This document shows positions 1 through 10,884 of a DNA stretch of 64,000 nucleotides, piece by piece. The DNA is from an uncultured Bacteroidales bacterium. Its GTDB lineage: Bacteria > Bacteroidota > Bacteroidia > Bacteroidales > Bacteroidaceae. The notes under the pieces are model-generated. The model had not been told where the DNA came from, did not search any database, and saw nothing but the letters and a program-made list of their open reading frames with translations. The stretch is taken from positions 7,074 through 71,073 of the forward strand of contig CACYHN010000010.1 of the NCBI GenBank assembly GCA_902774275.1. The letters are read 5' to 3'. The position numbers and the translations under genes were made by a program. The number at the start of each line of letters is the position of its first letter. The stretch's first letter is position 1.

Positions 1-37
1 AGTTGAAAATTGAGAATTTTCAATTTTCAATTCTCAC
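1..37. repeat. Heptanucleotide array: TTGAAAA, TTGAGAA, then inverted units TTTTCAA, TTTTCAA, TTCTCAC. It may extend beyond the window start.
   Basis: Read directly. Units lie at 3-9, 10-16, 17-23, 24-30 and 31-37. It contains the 9-bp palindrome ttgaaaatt-gag-aattttcaa (3-23) immediately 3' of the DPP4 stop codon (40-42, minus strand). Confidence 0.75.
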
Positions 38-39
38 TT

Positions 40-2241
40 TTATCTCAGGTTCTCGTCAAAGAAGCGGAGGATGCGGTTGAAGAGGTGTTTGCGGGTGGAG
101 TAGCCGGTGATGCTGTGGTCCTTGCCGGGGTAGACCTGCATATCGAAATCAACTCCTGCGTTTATGAGGGCATTGATGTAGGCTGCGGTGTTGCTGAAGA
201 ATACGTTGTCATCATCCAGGCCGTGGATTATGAGCAGACGGCCATGGAGTTTGTTTACGCGGTCAATGGCTGAGGCATCGTGGTAGCCGTCAGCGTTCTG
301 CTTGGGTTCCTGCATGAAACGCTCGGCGTAGATGGCATCATAGTAGCGCCAATCAGTTACTGGAGCTACTGCAACGCCGCATTTGAATACTGGTGTACCC
401 TCACTCATGGACATCAGGGTGTTGTAGCCACCGTAGCTCCAGCCCCAGATTGCAATGCGGTCAGCATCAATGTAGGGGAGTGAGCCCAAATATTTGGCTG
501 CGGCAACCTGATCCTGCGCTTCCATCACGCCCAGGTGCTTGTAGGTCTGCTTCTTGAAGTCGGCTCCACGGCGGCCTGTACCGCGTCCGTCAACCACTGC
601 TACGGCATAACCTTGATAGGTGAATAGGGACTCAAGGCTGGCGCCGGGGTAGAATCCAACACTCCATTGGTTGAGTATCTTATTTGAGCCGGGACCGCTG
701 TATTGGAACATGATAACGGGGCAGGGGTGTGATTCATCTGCTCCGGCGGGTTTGATCATCCAGCCATAAAGTGTTGTTCCATCAGCAGTCTGGAATGAGA
801 ACTGCTCTTTCCTGGGCAGGCCGTATTCTGCTGCAGCCTGTATGACATCGGCATTATTATCAATGACAGCCAGTATCTTGCCGCTTGCATCCATGCGGGA
901 TACCACGTACGGGGTATTCATATCAGACCAAGTGTTGATGAAATACTTGTAGTCTGTGCTGAAAACTGCGTGGTTGGTACCCTCTTTTGGGGTCAGATTG
1001 GTCTTCTTGCCCTTGCCGTCAATCTTCCATACAGCGCAGTCATATATGCCTGATTCATTGCTCTCATAATAGACAGCGCCGTTTTTTGCGTCATAACCGT
1101 GGAGTGCAAGAACATCAAAATTACCGCTGGTAATCTGTTTCTGGAGCCTGCCGTTCAAGCCATAGAGATAGAGGTGATTGTGTCCGTCACGCTCGCTCTG
1201 CATTATGAAGCGGTCACCATAGAACTCAGTCTCCATATAACTTGTCTCATCGATATAACGTTCATCTTCCTCGCGCAGAATGAGTGTGCAGAGGGTGGAG
1301 CGGGGGTTGGCAGAGTATATTTCCAGCTTGTTCTGGAGGCGGTTGAGGGTGAAAATGAACAGGCTGTTATCCTCATTTTCAGCAAACTTGATGCGCGGAA
1401 TATAGCTGGTACTGTCAAGATTGAGATCCATATCACGGATCACGGAACTCTTGATGTCAAATGAGTGGACCGATACCTTTGAGTTTGTGCCTCCGGCAGT
1501 GGGGTATTGCTGTGGGCGGTATGAGATCAGCTCCTGCGAGTATGATTCACGGTCCACATCTGTCAGGAAAAATGGGAGTTGGTAACTGTCAACCTTTGAC
1601 TCATCAAACCTGATCCAGGCAAGCATGCGGCTGTCAGCGCTGAACTCGTATGCACGTACCAGCCCGAACTCCTCTTCATATGCCCAGTCAGGTATGCCGT
1701 TGCGTACCTTTCCAAGCTCTCCATCCTTGGTTACCTGAACTTCAGCATTATTGAATAATAGCTTGACCAAGAATATGTTATTGTCGCGAACGAATGCTAT
1801 GTTATGGCCGTCAGGTGAGAATGTTGGCACCTGTACGGGACCGCCTGTGGTGAGCGGATCAATCTTGTTGTTGCGTATGGTGAATATGTAGTAGTTTGCG
1901 GTATATGAATGGCGGAATAACTTCTGGTCATACTGTTCAAGCAGGATGATATCCTCAGTAGGTGAGAGTATGAAACGGCCCAGCGTATAGAGTTTCTCAC
2001 CGCGTGCAGTGCGCAGGTTCAGTACTGTGTCAGTTACTGCGCCGGTCTTGAATGAATATTTCAGGATGCAGTTACCCTCTGCCTGCAGATAGTGCTCACC
2101 ATCGGCCATAGGGGTTATGGCTGGGGCACCGTTGCCATAGAATTTACCTCCGATAACATCATCAAGAGTGATTTTCTTGTTCTGAGCTGTCAGTGACAGA
2201 GCTGTGAGCACTGTAACGACAAATATATTAAACCTCTTCAT
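40..2241 (-). CDS. Dipeptidyl-peptidase IV family serine peptidase (S9B), secreted
   Basis: Long ORF. The track's first codon (2257-2259) is TTG, so I prefer the ATG at 2241, which gives signal peptide MKRFNIFVVTVLTALSLTAQ. The C-terminal alpha/beta-hydrolase part has the nucleophile elbow GWSYGGY and the HGLDDDNV and GKDH segments typical of DPP4/prolyl oligopeptidase S9B. Confidence 0.9.
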   Translation of the reverse strand: MKRFNIFVVTVLTALSLTAQNKKITLDDVIGGKFYGNGAPAITPMADGEHYLQAEGNCILKYSFKTGAVTDTVLNLRTARGEKLYTLGRFILSPTEDIILLEQYDQKLFRHSYTANYYIFTIRNNKIDPLTTGGPVQVPTFSPDGHNIAFVRDNNIFLVKLLFNNAEVQVTKDGELGKVRNGIPDWAYEEEFGLVRAYEFSADSRMLAWIRFDESKVDSYQLPFFLTDVDRESYSQELISYRPQQYPTAGGTNSKVSVHSFDIKSSVIRDMDLNLDSTSYIPRIKFAENEDNSLFIFTLNRLQNKLEIYSANPRSTLCTLILREEDERYIDETSYMETEFYGDRFIMQSERDGHNHLYLYGLNGRLQKQITSGNFDVLALHGYDAKNGAVYYESNESGIYDCAVWKIDGKGKKTNLTPKEGTNHAVFSTDYKYFINTWSDMNTPYVVSRMDASGKILAVIDNNADVIQAAAEYGLPRKEQFSFQTADGTTLYGWMIKPAGADESHPCPVIMFQYSGPGSNKILNQWSVGFYPGASLESLFTYQGYAVAVVDGRGTGRRGADFKKQTYKHLGVMEAQDQVAAAKYLGSLPYIDADRIAIWGWSYGGYNTLMSMSEGTPVFKCGVAVAPVTDWRYYDAIYAERFMQEPKQNADGYHDASAIDRVNKLHGRLLIIHGLDDDNVFFSNTAAYINALINAGVDFDMQVYPGKDHSITGYSTRKHLFNRILRFFDENLR

Positions 2242-2337
2242 ATTGCTGTGTCTAATCAATTGTTATATAGTCTATTATTGAATAATTCTCAATTATGTCA
2301 CTTCGTTCCATGATTTTTGTCGCGACTCGGGATAGCG

Positions 2338-2368
2338 ATTTTCAATTTTCAATTTTCAATTTTCAATT
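2338..2368. repeat. Tandem heptamer (ATTTTCA)x4 plus a partial unit; same family as 1-37, 29031-29128 and 37195-37229
   Basis: Read directly: attttca at 2338, 2345, 2352 and 2359, then att. It overlaps the stop codon of tsaC (2363-2365) and lies upstream of the DPP4 start. Confidence 0.8.
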
Positions 2369-2974
2369 GTCTAAGACCCCTTTTCCCTGCCGGATAATCT
2401 CCTGATCCCCATCCACACAATAAACCACGGTGGAGTACTCAAACCCACCGGCTCCGCCGTTGATTACAAGATCCACATCATCACCCAGGCGCTCGTCAAT
2501 GAGTTCAGGGTCGGTCAGGTAGCCTATGTCATCAGATTCATCGTAAGGAACTGTGGTGGAGAGCAGGGGAGCACCGAGCTGACGGCAAATCTCGCGTGTG
2601 ATGTCATTGTCAGGCACACGTATGCCTACCTCCTTGCGGTTGCTGAATATTTTGGGCAGACGGCTGCCGGCACGCAATACAAAGGTGAACGGGCCAGGCA
2701 GGTTGCGTTTCATCGTCTTGAAGGTGGCGTTGTCTATCTGGACATACTGGCTTATGTCACTCAGGTCATAGCATACTATGGAAAAACGGTGTTTCTGCGG
2801 GTTCATGCCCTTGATCTTACAGATACGCTCTATGGGACGTTCCTTTAAGGCGTGGCATCCAAGTGCATATGCCGTATCTGTGGGGAATACTATTACGCCC
2901 CCTCCGTTCAAGATGTCCAGGACGCGGTCTATATCGCGCTGGCTGGGATTTTTCTCGTACAGTCTTATCAGCAT
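2363..2974 (-). CDS. tsaC: L-threonylcarbamoyladenylate synthase (YrdC/TsaC family)
   Basis: 203 aa, single YrdC-type domain. Motifs include [16 protein letters not shown] and GIRVPDN. The 5' end overlaps the miaA stop by 7 nt. Confidence 0.8.
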   Translation of the reverse strand: MLIRLYEKNPSQRDIDRVLDILNGGGVIVFPTDTAYALGCHALKERPIERICKIKGMNPQKHRFSIVCYDLSDISQYVQIDNATFKTMKRNLPGPFTFVLRAGSRLPKIFSNRKEVGIRVPDNDITREICRQLGAPLLSTTVPYDESDDIGYLTDPELIDERLGDDVDLVINGGAGGFEYSTVVYCVDGDQEIIRQGKGVLDN

Positions 2975-3888
2975 GTCCTTTCTCTTATATATCCTATTAT
3001 AGACTCTACGTCATCTGGGTTAAACCAGCGCGTATTCTCGTCACGCTTGAACCATGTCATCTGTTTGCGTGAATATATACGCGTGTTCTGCTTTATCTTG
3101 TCTATGGCAAACTCAAGCGTCCATGGCTTGCCATCAGGGGTCAAGGCACCGTCCATCCAGTTGAAAAGCTCCTTCATGCCCACGGTGTTGAGTGAGTTGA
3201 GCCCTTTCTTGGGATACATGCGGCGTGCCTCATCAATCAGTCCGTTCTCAATCATCTTGTCAACGCGTCGGTTTATGCGTTCGTATAACTCCTCACGAGG
3301 TCTGGTAAGTCCGATGCGCACTATGTTGAACGGACGCTCAGCTTTCTCTCCTTTACGCAGGTCAGAGTAGGGGTGTCCGGTCAGATAACAGACCTCAAGA
3401 GCGTGCAAAACACGCTTGGGATTCTTTCTATCTACCTCCTTATAGTAGGCCGGATCCAGAATTTTGAGTTCCTGTACCAGATTGTCCAGACCTTCCTTCT
3501 GATAACGCTCCAAAAGGGGGGTGCGGATGTCATCCGGAATGGTGGGAATCTGGTCTATACCATAGCAGAGGGCATCTATATACATCATTGACCCACCTGT
3601 GACCAGTAGTATGTCGTGCTCTGCGAAGAGTCTGTCGGTGAGCGCTATCACATCCTCTTCGTACCTTGCGGCGCTGTAATAGTCATCAAGTCCAAGGTTT
3701 CCTACCAGATAATGCGTGGCTCGTTCTCTCTCTGCGGGAGTAGGAGCGGCTGTGCATATAGGAATGTCTGCATACATCTGTCTTGAATCAGCAGAAATTA
3801 TAGGTGTATGAAACAAATCGGCGAGGGTCAGACATAACTCAGTCTTCCCCACGCCGGTAGGTCCAAGTATGATAACCAGATTTTTCAC
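2968..3888 (-). CDS. miaA: tRNA dimethylallyltransferase
   Basis: 306 aa with N-terminal P-loop [10 protein letters not shown], then [13 protein letters not shown]-like TGGSMMYI, and MiaA length and order. Confidence 0.9.
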   Translation of the reverse strand: MKNLVIILGPTGVGKTELCLTLADLFHTPIISADSRQMYADIPICTAAPTPAERERATHYLVGNLGLDDYYSAARYEEDVIALTDRLFAEHDILLVTGGSMMYIDALCYGIDQIPTIPDDIRTPLLERYQKEGLDNLVQELKILDPAYYKEVDRKNPKRVLHALEVCYLTGHPYSDLRKGEKAERPFNIVRIGLTRPREELYERINRRVDKMIENGLIDEARRMYPKKGLNSLNTVGMKELFNWMDGALTPDGKPWTLEFAIDKIKQNTRIYSRKQMTWFKRDENTRWFNPDDVESIIGYIRERTC

Positions 3889-4458
3889 TTAGTAAAGGTC
3901 GTCAATGGAATCCAGGCTTACTGTGCCTCCTCCTTCGCCGCCTTCCATGCCGAATCCATCCTCATCAAGCTCATCGGATTCAAATCCTTCATCGCCATAG
4001 AAGTTCTCATCAACGTCAATGGTGGGGTTGGCCTTGGCCATTTCATCAAAGTCAATGGTCTGCTTGGGCGGGTTGCCCTGGCTTGCGGTGCAGACGGCTT
4101 CCTTAAGAGTCTTACCAGTGATAATCTCCTTTAATTCAATGAAAAAGCATCGTTCGGTTAAAGGGTCGAATATGTAAATCAGACGCTGCTTTTCATCCTC
4201 TATCAGCTCGTCAAGCGGGGTATCGGCCATTACCCAGTTGTCAACTTCTGAACTGGTGTTCATCTCCTCACGGGTAATCTCCTCACGCTTCTCCCAATTG
4301 TCCTCACAGATAAAGAATGAGGTCATCTGGTCATCGGGATATCCTACTGATTTCAGAATGGCATTGCTGAAATCCAGGAATGATGCTGATGAATTGATCT
4401 GGATTTCACGATAGAAATCATCTACCTCATCAGAAATGAAAATGAATCTGTAAACCAT
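3889..4458 (-). CDS. Conserved hypothetical protein, pRiA4b ORF-3-like (MM3350-like) N-terminal domain with an acidic C-terminal tail
   Basis: 189 aa. The N-terminal pattern YRFIFISDEVDDFYREIQINSSASFLDFSNAILKSVGY resembles the PRiA4_ORF3 fold family as I remember it. The C-terminus is D/E/G-rich. Its stop abuts the miaA start. Confidence 0.45.
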   Translation of the reverse strand: MVYRFIFISDEVDDFYREIQINSSASFLDFSNAILKSVGYPDDQMTSFFICEDNWEKREEITREEMNTSSEVDNWVMADTPLDELIEDEKQRLIYIFDPLTERCFFIELKEIITGKTLKEAVCTASQGNPPKQTIDFDEMAKANPTIDVDENFYGDEGFESDELDEDGFGMEGGEGGGTVSLDSIDDLY

Positions 4459-4472
4459 ATTGTATTGCTTTT

Positions 4473-5246
4473 TTAGTCTCTAATAATACCTCTTTCAGAA
4501 CTCTCGATGAACCTGACTATGTACTGTACCTCAGGATAGCTGTAAATGGAGTCTTCCTTGATTGCGGCCATAGCCTGGCTTACATTCAGCCCGTTCTGGT
4601 AAATGATACGGTAAGCGTTGTGGATGGCCTCAATAGTCTCATTGCTGAAATTTCGGCGGCGCAAACCTACAATATTCAAGCCGGCATATACAACCGGATG
4701 CCTGCCTCCAATAACGTAGGGCGGGATATCCTTGCTGCATCCTGAACCACCCTGGATCATGACATGGCCTCCTATATGACAGAACTGGTGAATGAGTACG
4801 CAGGCACTGAGTATGGCAAAGTCATCAATGACTACCTCACCTGCTATCTTGGTGCTGTTGCCCAGAATGCAATTGTTACCGATCACGCAGTCATGCGCCA
4901 CGTGCATATTCTCCATAAGGAGGTTGTTGTTGCCTACGATAGTCTTGCCTTTGGAGGCTGTTCCGCGGTTTATGGTCACATTCTCGCGTATGCGGTTGTT
5001 GTCACCAATCTCAGCGGTTGAATCCTCACCCTGGAACTTGAGATCCTGCGGTATGCCGCCTATCACGGCTCCGGGATGTATCTGATTGCCATTGCCTATG
5101 CGTGAGCCGTACATGATGTTCACGTGGGGCATGATGATGTTGTTATCACCGATTATCACATTCTTGTCAATGAAACAGAATGGACCTATTTCAACATTCT
5201 CGCCTATCTGGGCGGAATGGTCGACGTATGCTAACGGGCTTATCAT
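4473..5246 (-). CDS. lpxA: Acyl-ACP--UDP-N-acetylglucosamine O-acyltransferase
   Basis: 257 aa with left-handed beta-helix hexapeptide repeats, an LpxA-type C-terminal helical domain, and a position directly downstream of lpxC-fabZ. Confidence 0.9.
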   Translation of the reverse strand: MISPLAYVDHSAQIGENVEIGPFCFIDKNVIIGDNNIIMPHVNIMYGSRIGNGNQIHPGAVIGGIPQDLKFQGEDSTAEIGDNNRIRENVTINRGTASKGKTIVGNNNLLMENMHVAHDCVIGNNCILGNSTKIAGEVVIDDFAILSACVLIHQFCHIGGHVMIQGGSGCSKDIPPYVIGGRHPVVYAGLNIVGLRRRNFSNETIEAIHNAYRIIYQNGLNVSQAMAAIKEDSIYSYPEVQYIVRFIESSERGIIRD

Positions 5247-6634
5247 CAGTTTTCTCTTTTTACAATTTGAACCATGAATTCCGACTCTGCAACCAGTTTG
5301 TCGGCTACAAAGGCGTATCCTTTGATTGATAGTATGTTATGACGTATGGGCGCAGTCCTTACAACACGCATCAGAAGTGTGTCGCCTGGTACTACGGCCT
5401 GACGGAAACGGGTGTTGTCAATCTTTACGAACATGGCCTCATAATCCTTGGGTTCTCCTGTATATTGCAGTGCAAGGGTTCCTCCTAACTGTGCCATAGC
5501 CTCAATGATGAGTACGCCCGGCATGATGGGATGCTCTGGGAAGTGTCCTGTAAAGAAGAACTCGTTGTTGGTAACGTTCTTGACACCCTCAGCATAAAGG
5601 TCTGTAAGCGCAATTACCTTATCAAGAAGCTGCATCGGGTAACGATGCGGCATTACGGCCTGGATCTGCTGCAGGTTCATCACCGGCGAAACGGAAGGAT
5701 CATATGCAGGTGCCTGGACATCGTTCAGGATTATGTTCTTGCGCAGTATGCGGGCAAACTTGTTGTTGATGGTGTGGCCCGGGCGGGTGGCGATGATACG
5801 TCCCTTGATGGGTTTGCCTACAAGTGCCAGGTCACCTATTATGTCAAGCAGTTTGTGGCGTGCAGGCTCATTGTCCCACTGCAGGGGCTTGTGCATTATG
5901 TAACCCAGCTTGGTGGCATCCATTGTGGGTACACCCATAACCTCACAGATCTTGTCATAGCGTTCCTGGGGCATCTCACGCTCGTAAATGACAATGGCGT
6001 TGTCAAGGTCACCTCCCTTGATAAGGCCCAGTCCCAACAGAGGCTCTATCTCACGGACAAAGACGAATGTACGGCTCTTGGCTATCTCTGTGGGGAAATC
6101 ACGCATGTCATCCAATGAAGCATACTGGTTATATAGTATCTTTGACTCATATGATATGAGTACGTTTACGCTGAACTCATTGTCCGGGAGCAGTATGATG
6201 GATGAACCTGTGGTCTCATCCTTGACCTCAATCTTGTTCTTGACTACATAGTAGTCCTTGAGGGCATCCAGTTCCTTTATGCCCACGCGCTGTATGTTCT
6301 CCACATACTCAATGGCGCTGCCGTCCAGGATGGGGAACTCAGGGCCGTTTACCTCAATGTGACAGTTGTCAATGCCTGCGGCGTAGAGGGCTGCCAGACC
6401 ATGCTCAACGGTGCTTACCTTGACATTGCCCTTGAACAGCACGGTACCGCGTTGGGTCTCGCGTACGTTTTCGGCGTATGCCTCAATGATGGGCTGGCTT
6501 TCCAGGTCAGTTCTCTGTATCTTGTATCCGTAGTCAGCGGGAGCCGGGTTGAATGTCACGGTCAGGTCAAGACCAGTGTGAAGCCCCTTTCCGCTGAGTG
6601 AAAAACTACTCTTTAAAGTCTTCTGTTTGTACAT
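5246..6634 (-). CDS. lpxC: Bifunctional UDP-3-O-acyl-GlcNAc deacetylase / 3-hydroxyacyl-ACP dehydratase (LpxC-FabZ fusion)
   Basis: 462 aa. The N-terminal LpxC region has [16 protein letters not shown] and [12 protein letters not shown]. The C-terminal FabZ hotdog has [24 protein letters not shown]. This fusion is typical of Bacteroidota. Confidence 0.92.
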   Translation of the reverse strand: MYKQKTLKSSFSLSGKGLHTGLDLTVTFNPAPADYGYKIQRTDLESQPIIEAYAENVRETQRGTVLFKGNVKVSTVEHGLAALYAAGIDNCHIEVNGPEFPILDGSAIEYVENIQRVGIKELDALKDYYVVKNKIEVKDETTGSSIILLPDNEFSVNVLISYESKILYNQYASLDDMRDFPTEIAKSRTFVFVREIEPLLGLGLIKGGDLDNAIVIYEREMPQERYDKICEVMGVPTMDATKLGYIMHKPLQWDNEPARHKLLDIIGDLALVGKPIKGRIIATRPGHTINNKFARILRKNIILNDVQAPAYDPSVSPVMNLQQIQAVMPHRYPMQLLDKVIALTDLYAEGVKNVTNNEFFFTGHFPEHPIMPGVLIIEAMAQLGGTLALQYTGEPKDYEAMFVKIDNTRFRQAVVPGDTLLMRVVRTAPIRHNILSIKGYAFVADKLVAESEFMVQIVKREN

Positions 6635-6657
6635 GTTATAGTGTTTGTCTTAAAGCG

Positions 6658-7701
6658 TCACTTGCTGGCAAGCTGGGCTTTCAGTTCTTCTATTTCTTTT
6701 TTGAGTTGACTTACGGTCTTGCTGATTTCAGGAAGATCCCTAAATATCAGTGATGAGCGCAAAAAGTTGCGGTATCCTATTGATGGATATCCCATCACTC
6801 CTTCGCCGTCAGGGATATTGCTTATGATACCGGTCTGTGCTCCAACATTGACCTTGTTGCCGATATTGAGGTGCCCAGATATACCAGCCTGCCCTCCAAC
6901 CATGCACCATGAGCCAACCTTGCTCGATCCGGCTACACCGGTTTGGGCTGACATGACAGTATTCTCGCCAATCTCCACGTTATGGGCTATTTGAATGAGA
7001 TTGTCAAGTTTGACACCCTTATGGACAATGGTCCTACCCATGGTGGAACGGTCAATACATGTGTTGGCGCCAATTTCAACGTCATCCTCCAGTTCAACAA
7101 TTCCTATCTGCGGAATCTTGTTGTAGCCGTTTGGCGTGGGTGCAAAGCCGAATCCGTCAGCACCTATCACACATCCGGCGTGGAGTATGCAACGGTTACC
7201 TACCTTGCAGGCGTAATAGATTGTCACGTGCGGATAAAGTATGCAGTCAGAACCAACTGATGCGCCTTCACCCACAATTACGTGAGGATATATCTGCGTG
7301 TTGTCACCTATCACAGCACCATCTTCAACCACAGAGAAGGGACCTATATAGACGTTCTTGCCTATCTTGGCCTTTTCTGAAACCGATGCCAGCGAGCTTA
7401 TGCCCGTACGGCCCGGTTTCATGGATGCGTACAGTGACATGAGCTTGGCCAGGCTCTCATAGGCATTGTCAACCCTTACCAGAGTGGCGCTCACGGGCTG
7501 CTCAGCCTTGAAATCCTTGTTTACCAGAACTACGCTTGACTGGGTTGAATATAGGTACTGCGTATATTTTACGTTAGAAAGAAAAGAGAGTGCACCAGGT
7601 ACACCCTCTTCAATTTTGGCAAAAGTATGGACTGCTGCGTTCTCGTTGCCGTCAACGGTGCCGCCCAGGAACTCTGCTATCTGTTTTGCTGTAAATTCCA
7701 T
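6658..7701 (-). CDS. lpxD: UDP-3-O-acylglucosamine N-acyltransferase
   Basis: Hexapeptide-repeat protein with an LpxD N-terminal domain ([10 protein letters not shown]) and a C-terminal coiled tail. The track start at 7713 is TTG, so I use the ATG at 7699-7701 (MEFTAKQ...). Confidence 0.88.
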   Translation of the reverse strand: MEFTAKQIAEFLGGTVDGNENAAVHTFAKIEEGVPGALSFLSNVKYTQYLYSTQSSVVLVNKDFKAEQPVSATLVRVDNAYESLAKLMSLYASMKPGRTGISSLASVSEKAKIGKNVYIGPFSVVEDGAVIGDNTQIYPHVIVGEGASVGSDCILYPHVTIYYACKVGNRCILHAGCVIGADGFGFAPTPNGYNKIPQIGIVELEDDVEIGANTCIDRSTMGRTIVHKGVKLDNLIQIAHNVEIGENTVMSAQTGVAGSSKVGSWCMVGGQAGISGHLNIGNKVNVGAQTGIISNIPDGEGVMGYPSIGYRNFLRSSLIFRDLPEISKTVSQLKKEIEELKAQLASK

Positions 7702-7730
7702 GCTTTTATGCAATTTCTATATAAGACTTG

Positions 7731-7738
7731 CAAATATA
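7731..7738 (-). promoter_or_regulatory. Candidate Bacteroides-type -7 promoter box (TATATTTG) for the lpxD operon
   Basis: The minus-strand sequence tatatttg matches the TAnnTTTG consensus and lies 30 nt upstream of the lpxD ATG. Confidence 0.4.
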
Positions 7739-7802
7739 GTAAAATTGTTCAAATTCTGTGAATTTGACAGAGATTAACTTTGGCTAAAGCCAACGCTAAA
7801 AT

Positions 7803-8618
7803 TTATAGGTACTGCGCCATTTCCTGCTGAACCTCCGTGGCCTTGGTGCGGGCCACCTGGGCAAAGTTTGCAGACTTATCGGCGTAAATGATTGCACGGC
7901 TGCTGTTTACTATCAGGCCGCACTTGCTGTTAAGACCGTATTTGCATACATCAGCCAGCGAGCCGCCCTGTGCACCGATGCCGGGAACCAGCAGGAAACT
8001 GTCAGGTACGGTCTTGCGGATGTCAGTGAGCATATCGGCGCGTGTGGCACCTACCACATACATCATGTTGTCGGCATTTCCGCCCCACTCAAGTGACTTG
8101 GCCAGTACCTTCTGGTACAGAGGTGTGCCCTGTGCGTCCTCAATGTACTGGAAATCGGCAGCACCCTTGTTGCTGGTCAGGGCCAGCAGTATTACCCAGC
8201 GGCCGTCATGTCCCAGGAACGGTGTCACGCTGTCCTCACCCATATAAGGTGCAACGGTTACGGCGTCAACGTTCATCTCCGTGAAGAAGCTGTCGGCATA
8301 CATCATTGAGGTATTGCCTATGTCACCGCGCTTGGCATCGGCAATTATGAACTGGTCCGGATAATTGGCGCGGATATAGTCGATGGTCTTGTAGAGGGCC
8401 TGCAGACCTTTCAGTCCGGCGCTCTCATAGAATGCCAGATTGGGCTTGTATGCAATGCAATAGTCTGCGGTGGCATCTATTATAGCCTTGTTGAATGCGA
8501 ATATGGGATCATCTTCCTTGAGCAGATGCTCCGGGATCTTCTTGAGATCGGTGTCAAGACCTACGCACAGAAATGATTTCTTGCGCTTGATGTTGGCGTA
8601 AAGTTCGTCTCTTGTCAT
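7803..8618 (-). CDS. pyrF: Orotidine-5'-phosphate decarboxylase (type 2)
   Basis: 271 aa. Motifs [19 protein letters not shown] and [10 protein letters not shown] are typical of long-form PyrF. Confidence 0.88.
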   Translation of the reverse strand: MTRDELYANIKRKKSFLCVGLDTDLKKIPEHLLKEDDPIFAFNKAIIDATADYCIAYKPNLAFYESAGLKGLQALYKTIDYIRANYPDQFIIADAKRGDIGNTSMMYADSFFTEMNVDAVTVAPYMGEDSVTPFLGHDGRWVILLALTSNKGAADFQYIEDAQGTPLYQKVLAKSLEWGGNADNMMYVVGATRADMLTDIRKTVPDSFLLVPGIGAQGGSLADVCKYGLNSKCGLIVNSSRAIIYADKSANFAQVARTKATEVQQEMAQYL

Positions 8619-8642
8619 ATCTGTTCTAATTATAAAATTTCT

Positions 8643-9752
8643 TTACATTTCGGCCTCTTTCATACGTTCTGCATTTTCAGCAATGGTGAGTTGGTCAATG
8701 CAGTCCTGTATGTCACCGTCCATGAATGCCGGCAGATTGTATGAAGTCCAGTTGATGCGGTGATCGGTTATGCGACCCTGCGGATAATTGTATGTGCGGA
8801 TCTTGGCTGACCGGTCACCGGTGGAGACCATCGTTTTGCGGCGGGCCGCAATGTCATCCATGTATTTCTGATGCTCGCGGTCATAAATCATGGTGCGCAG
8901 GCGTGAAAGAGCGCGCTCCTTATTCTTGGGCTGGTCACGGGTCTCGGTGCACTCAATGAGTATCTCCTCGACAACTCCGGTGTTGGGATTTTTCCAATTG
9001 TAACGGAGCCTCACTCCGCTCTCTACCTTGTTTACGTTCTGGCCGCCGGCGCCGCCGCTGCGGAATGTATCCCATTTTATCTCGCCCTCATTTATCTCAA
9101 CCTCAAAGGCATCGGCCTCAGGCAAAACGGCAACCGTGGCTGCCGATGTGTGTATGCGGCCCTGTGTCTCTGTTGCAGGTACGCGCTGTACACGGTGTAC
9201 GCCTGATTCATATTTGAGCGTACCATATACCTTATCACCCGTTACGGTGAATATGATCTCCTTAAATCCACCAGCTGTGCCTTCAGAGCATGATGATACG
9301 GCGTATTTCCAACCTTTGGTCTCAAAGTATTTGCAGTACATGCGGAACAAATCGCCGGCAAACAGGGCAGCCTCATCACCGCCTGTGCCGCCGCGTATCT
9401 CCATTATCACATCCTTGTCATCCTGCGGATCAGCAGGTATGAGCATCTGCTTTATCTCCTCCTCAAGCTGGGGCAGGCGTGCTGTGTCGCTGTCAAGCTC
9501 CTCACGGGCCATCTGGCGCATCTCCGGGTCACTCTCAGATAGCAGTTCACGTGCCTCCTCAATGCTTTTCTGCAACTGGATGTATTCCTTGCGGGCTGCA
9601 ACTACGGGTTCCAGGTCACGGTACTCACGGTTCAGTTTTACGAACCGTTTCATATCGGCTATAACGGACGGGTCTGTTATGAGCAGACTAACCTCCTGGA
9701 AGCGTGCCTCCAGACCGTCAAGTTTGTCAAGCAGACTCTCTGATGCAGCCAT
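8643..9752 (-). CDS. prfA: Peptide chain release factor 1
   Basis: 369 aa with the GGQ motif in SGGAGGQNVNKVES, a PxT-type region (RVPATETQGRIHTS) and RF-1 length. Confidence 0.93.
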   Translation of the reverse strand: MAASESLLDKLDGLEARFQEVSLLITDPSVIADMKRFVKLNREYRDLEPVVAARKEYIQLQKSIEEARELLSESDPEMRQMAREELDSDTARLPQLEEEIKQMLIPADPQDDKDVIMEIRGGTGGDEAALFAGDLFRMYCKYFETKGWKYAVSSCSEGTAGGFKEIIFTVTGDKVYGTLKYESGVHRVQRVPATETQGRIHTSAATVAVLPEADAFEVEINEGEIKWDTFRSGGAGGQNVNKVESGVRLRYNWKNPNTGVVEEILIECTETRDQPKNKERALSRLRTMIYDREHQKYMDDIAARRKTMVSTGDRSAKIRTYNYPQGRITDHRINWTSYNLPAFMDGDIQDCIDQLTIAENAERMKEAEM

Positions 9753-10733
9753 TTATTTTTTCTTAGGAACGTTATTAACGTATGCAACAGGACCGCCCTC
9801 ATAGAAGTTGATGATGTTGCGTGACACGAACTCTGCCATCTCATTGCGGACATCGTAGGTTTGTGTGCCTACATGCGGGGTGATGACTGCATTCTCACAT
9901 GCCAGTATCTCAGGGCTTACCTTGTCACCGAACTCAAATACGTCAAGTCCCGCACCCCAGATGCGCTTGTTCTTAAGTGCATCGGCCAGGGCAAGTTCAT
10001 CAACGATAGGGCCGCGTGCTGTATTGACCAGTATGGCGGTGGGTTTCATGAGCTCTATCTGCTCCTTACCTATCAGATGCCATGTATCCTTGGAGTAGGG
10101 CACGTTCACTGATATGAAATCAGAAGTCTTGAGCAGCTCGTCAAACTCAACGTAGGTGGCATCATACTCCTTCTCAATCTCAGGGCTTACGCGGTGGCGG
10201 TTGTGATATATTACCTTCATGCAGCTGGCCTTGGCGCGGCGTGCCAGAGCCTGGCCGATGCGTCCCATGCCTAAGATGCCTAATGTCTTGCCTCCAAGTG
10301 AGTAACCTAAGTTGGCCAGAAGTGTCCACTCCAGTGCCCCCGGAATGCGCAGACGGCGGTCAACATCAGTGATGCGGCGTGCTACGGCCAGCATAAGTCC
10401 GAATGCCAGATCGGCGGTGGGCTCAGTTACAGGGCCAGGGGTATTTGTTACAGCAATGCCAAGTTCGGTTGCTGTAGGGATATCTATGTTGTCAAACCCT
10501 ACGGCGTAGTTGCTTACCAGTTCCAGGCGGGGCAGGCCGCGCTCCATAAGCTTGCGGTCAACCGGGAAATTGAACATGGACTGCAGTACGTCATACTCCG
10601 GGAGCATCTCATACACCTCATCATATGTGAAAGTCTCACGGCCTTCAGGGGGGAATGTAACATCATATTTCTCAATCAGTTCCGCATATCCTGTACGGAA
10701 CATGTTGTATGTTACAAGAACACGTTTCTTCAT
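9753..10733 (-). CDS. D-isomer-specific 2-hydroxyacid dehydrogenase family protein (glyoxylate/hydroxypyruvate reductase-like)
   Basis: 326 aa with NAD-binding GILGMGRIGQALARRA, catalytic-region NTARG...D and ITPHVG. The start abuts the prfA stop. Confidence 0.8.
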   Translation of the reverse strand: MKKRVLVTYNMFRTGYAELIEKYDVTFPPEGRETFTYDEVYEMLPEYDVLQSMFNFPVDRKLMERGLPRLELVSNYAVGFDNIDIPTATELGIAVTNTPGPVTEPTADLAFGLMLAVARRITDVDRRLRIPGALEWTLLANLGYSLGGKTLGILGMGRIGQALARRAKASCMKVIYHNRHRVSPEIEKEYDATYVEFDELLKTSDFISVNVPYSKDTWHLIGKEQIELMKPTAILVNTARGPIVDELALADALKNKRIWGAGLDVFEFGDKVSPEILACENAVITPHVGTQTYDVRNEMAEFVSRNIINFYEGGPVAYVNNVPKKK

Positions 10734-10850
10734 ACCTGTAATTTTGATTCGCGAAGATACTCATTTTTTGTAGAGGGTCGGCCTAATTTATAACCTTTCA
10801 CTATTCACTATAAAATTAGTTAACTGCTTCTGTTTTCCCATGGATTGTGT

Positions 10851-10858
10851 TACTTTTG
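10851..10858 (+). promoter_or_regulatory. Candidate -7 promoter box (TACTTTTG) for the GH9 gene
   Basis: tacttttg matches TAnnTTTG and ends 27 nt upstream of the ATG at 10885. Confidence 0.45.
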
Positions 10859-10884
10859 TAAAATAAGTCAACTAACCAAAACTT

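Noticed and set aside
9028-9804. 258-aa + strand ORF antisense to prfA. Similar long antisense ORFs lie at 5531-6118, 33127-33900, 52442-53050, 23034-23507, 27207-27788 and 62267-62799.
   Set aside because: Each lies entirely inside a strongly supported gene on the opposite strand. Each has biased Ser/Arg/Leu/Pro-rich composition and no recognisable motif, which is typical of shadow ORFs.
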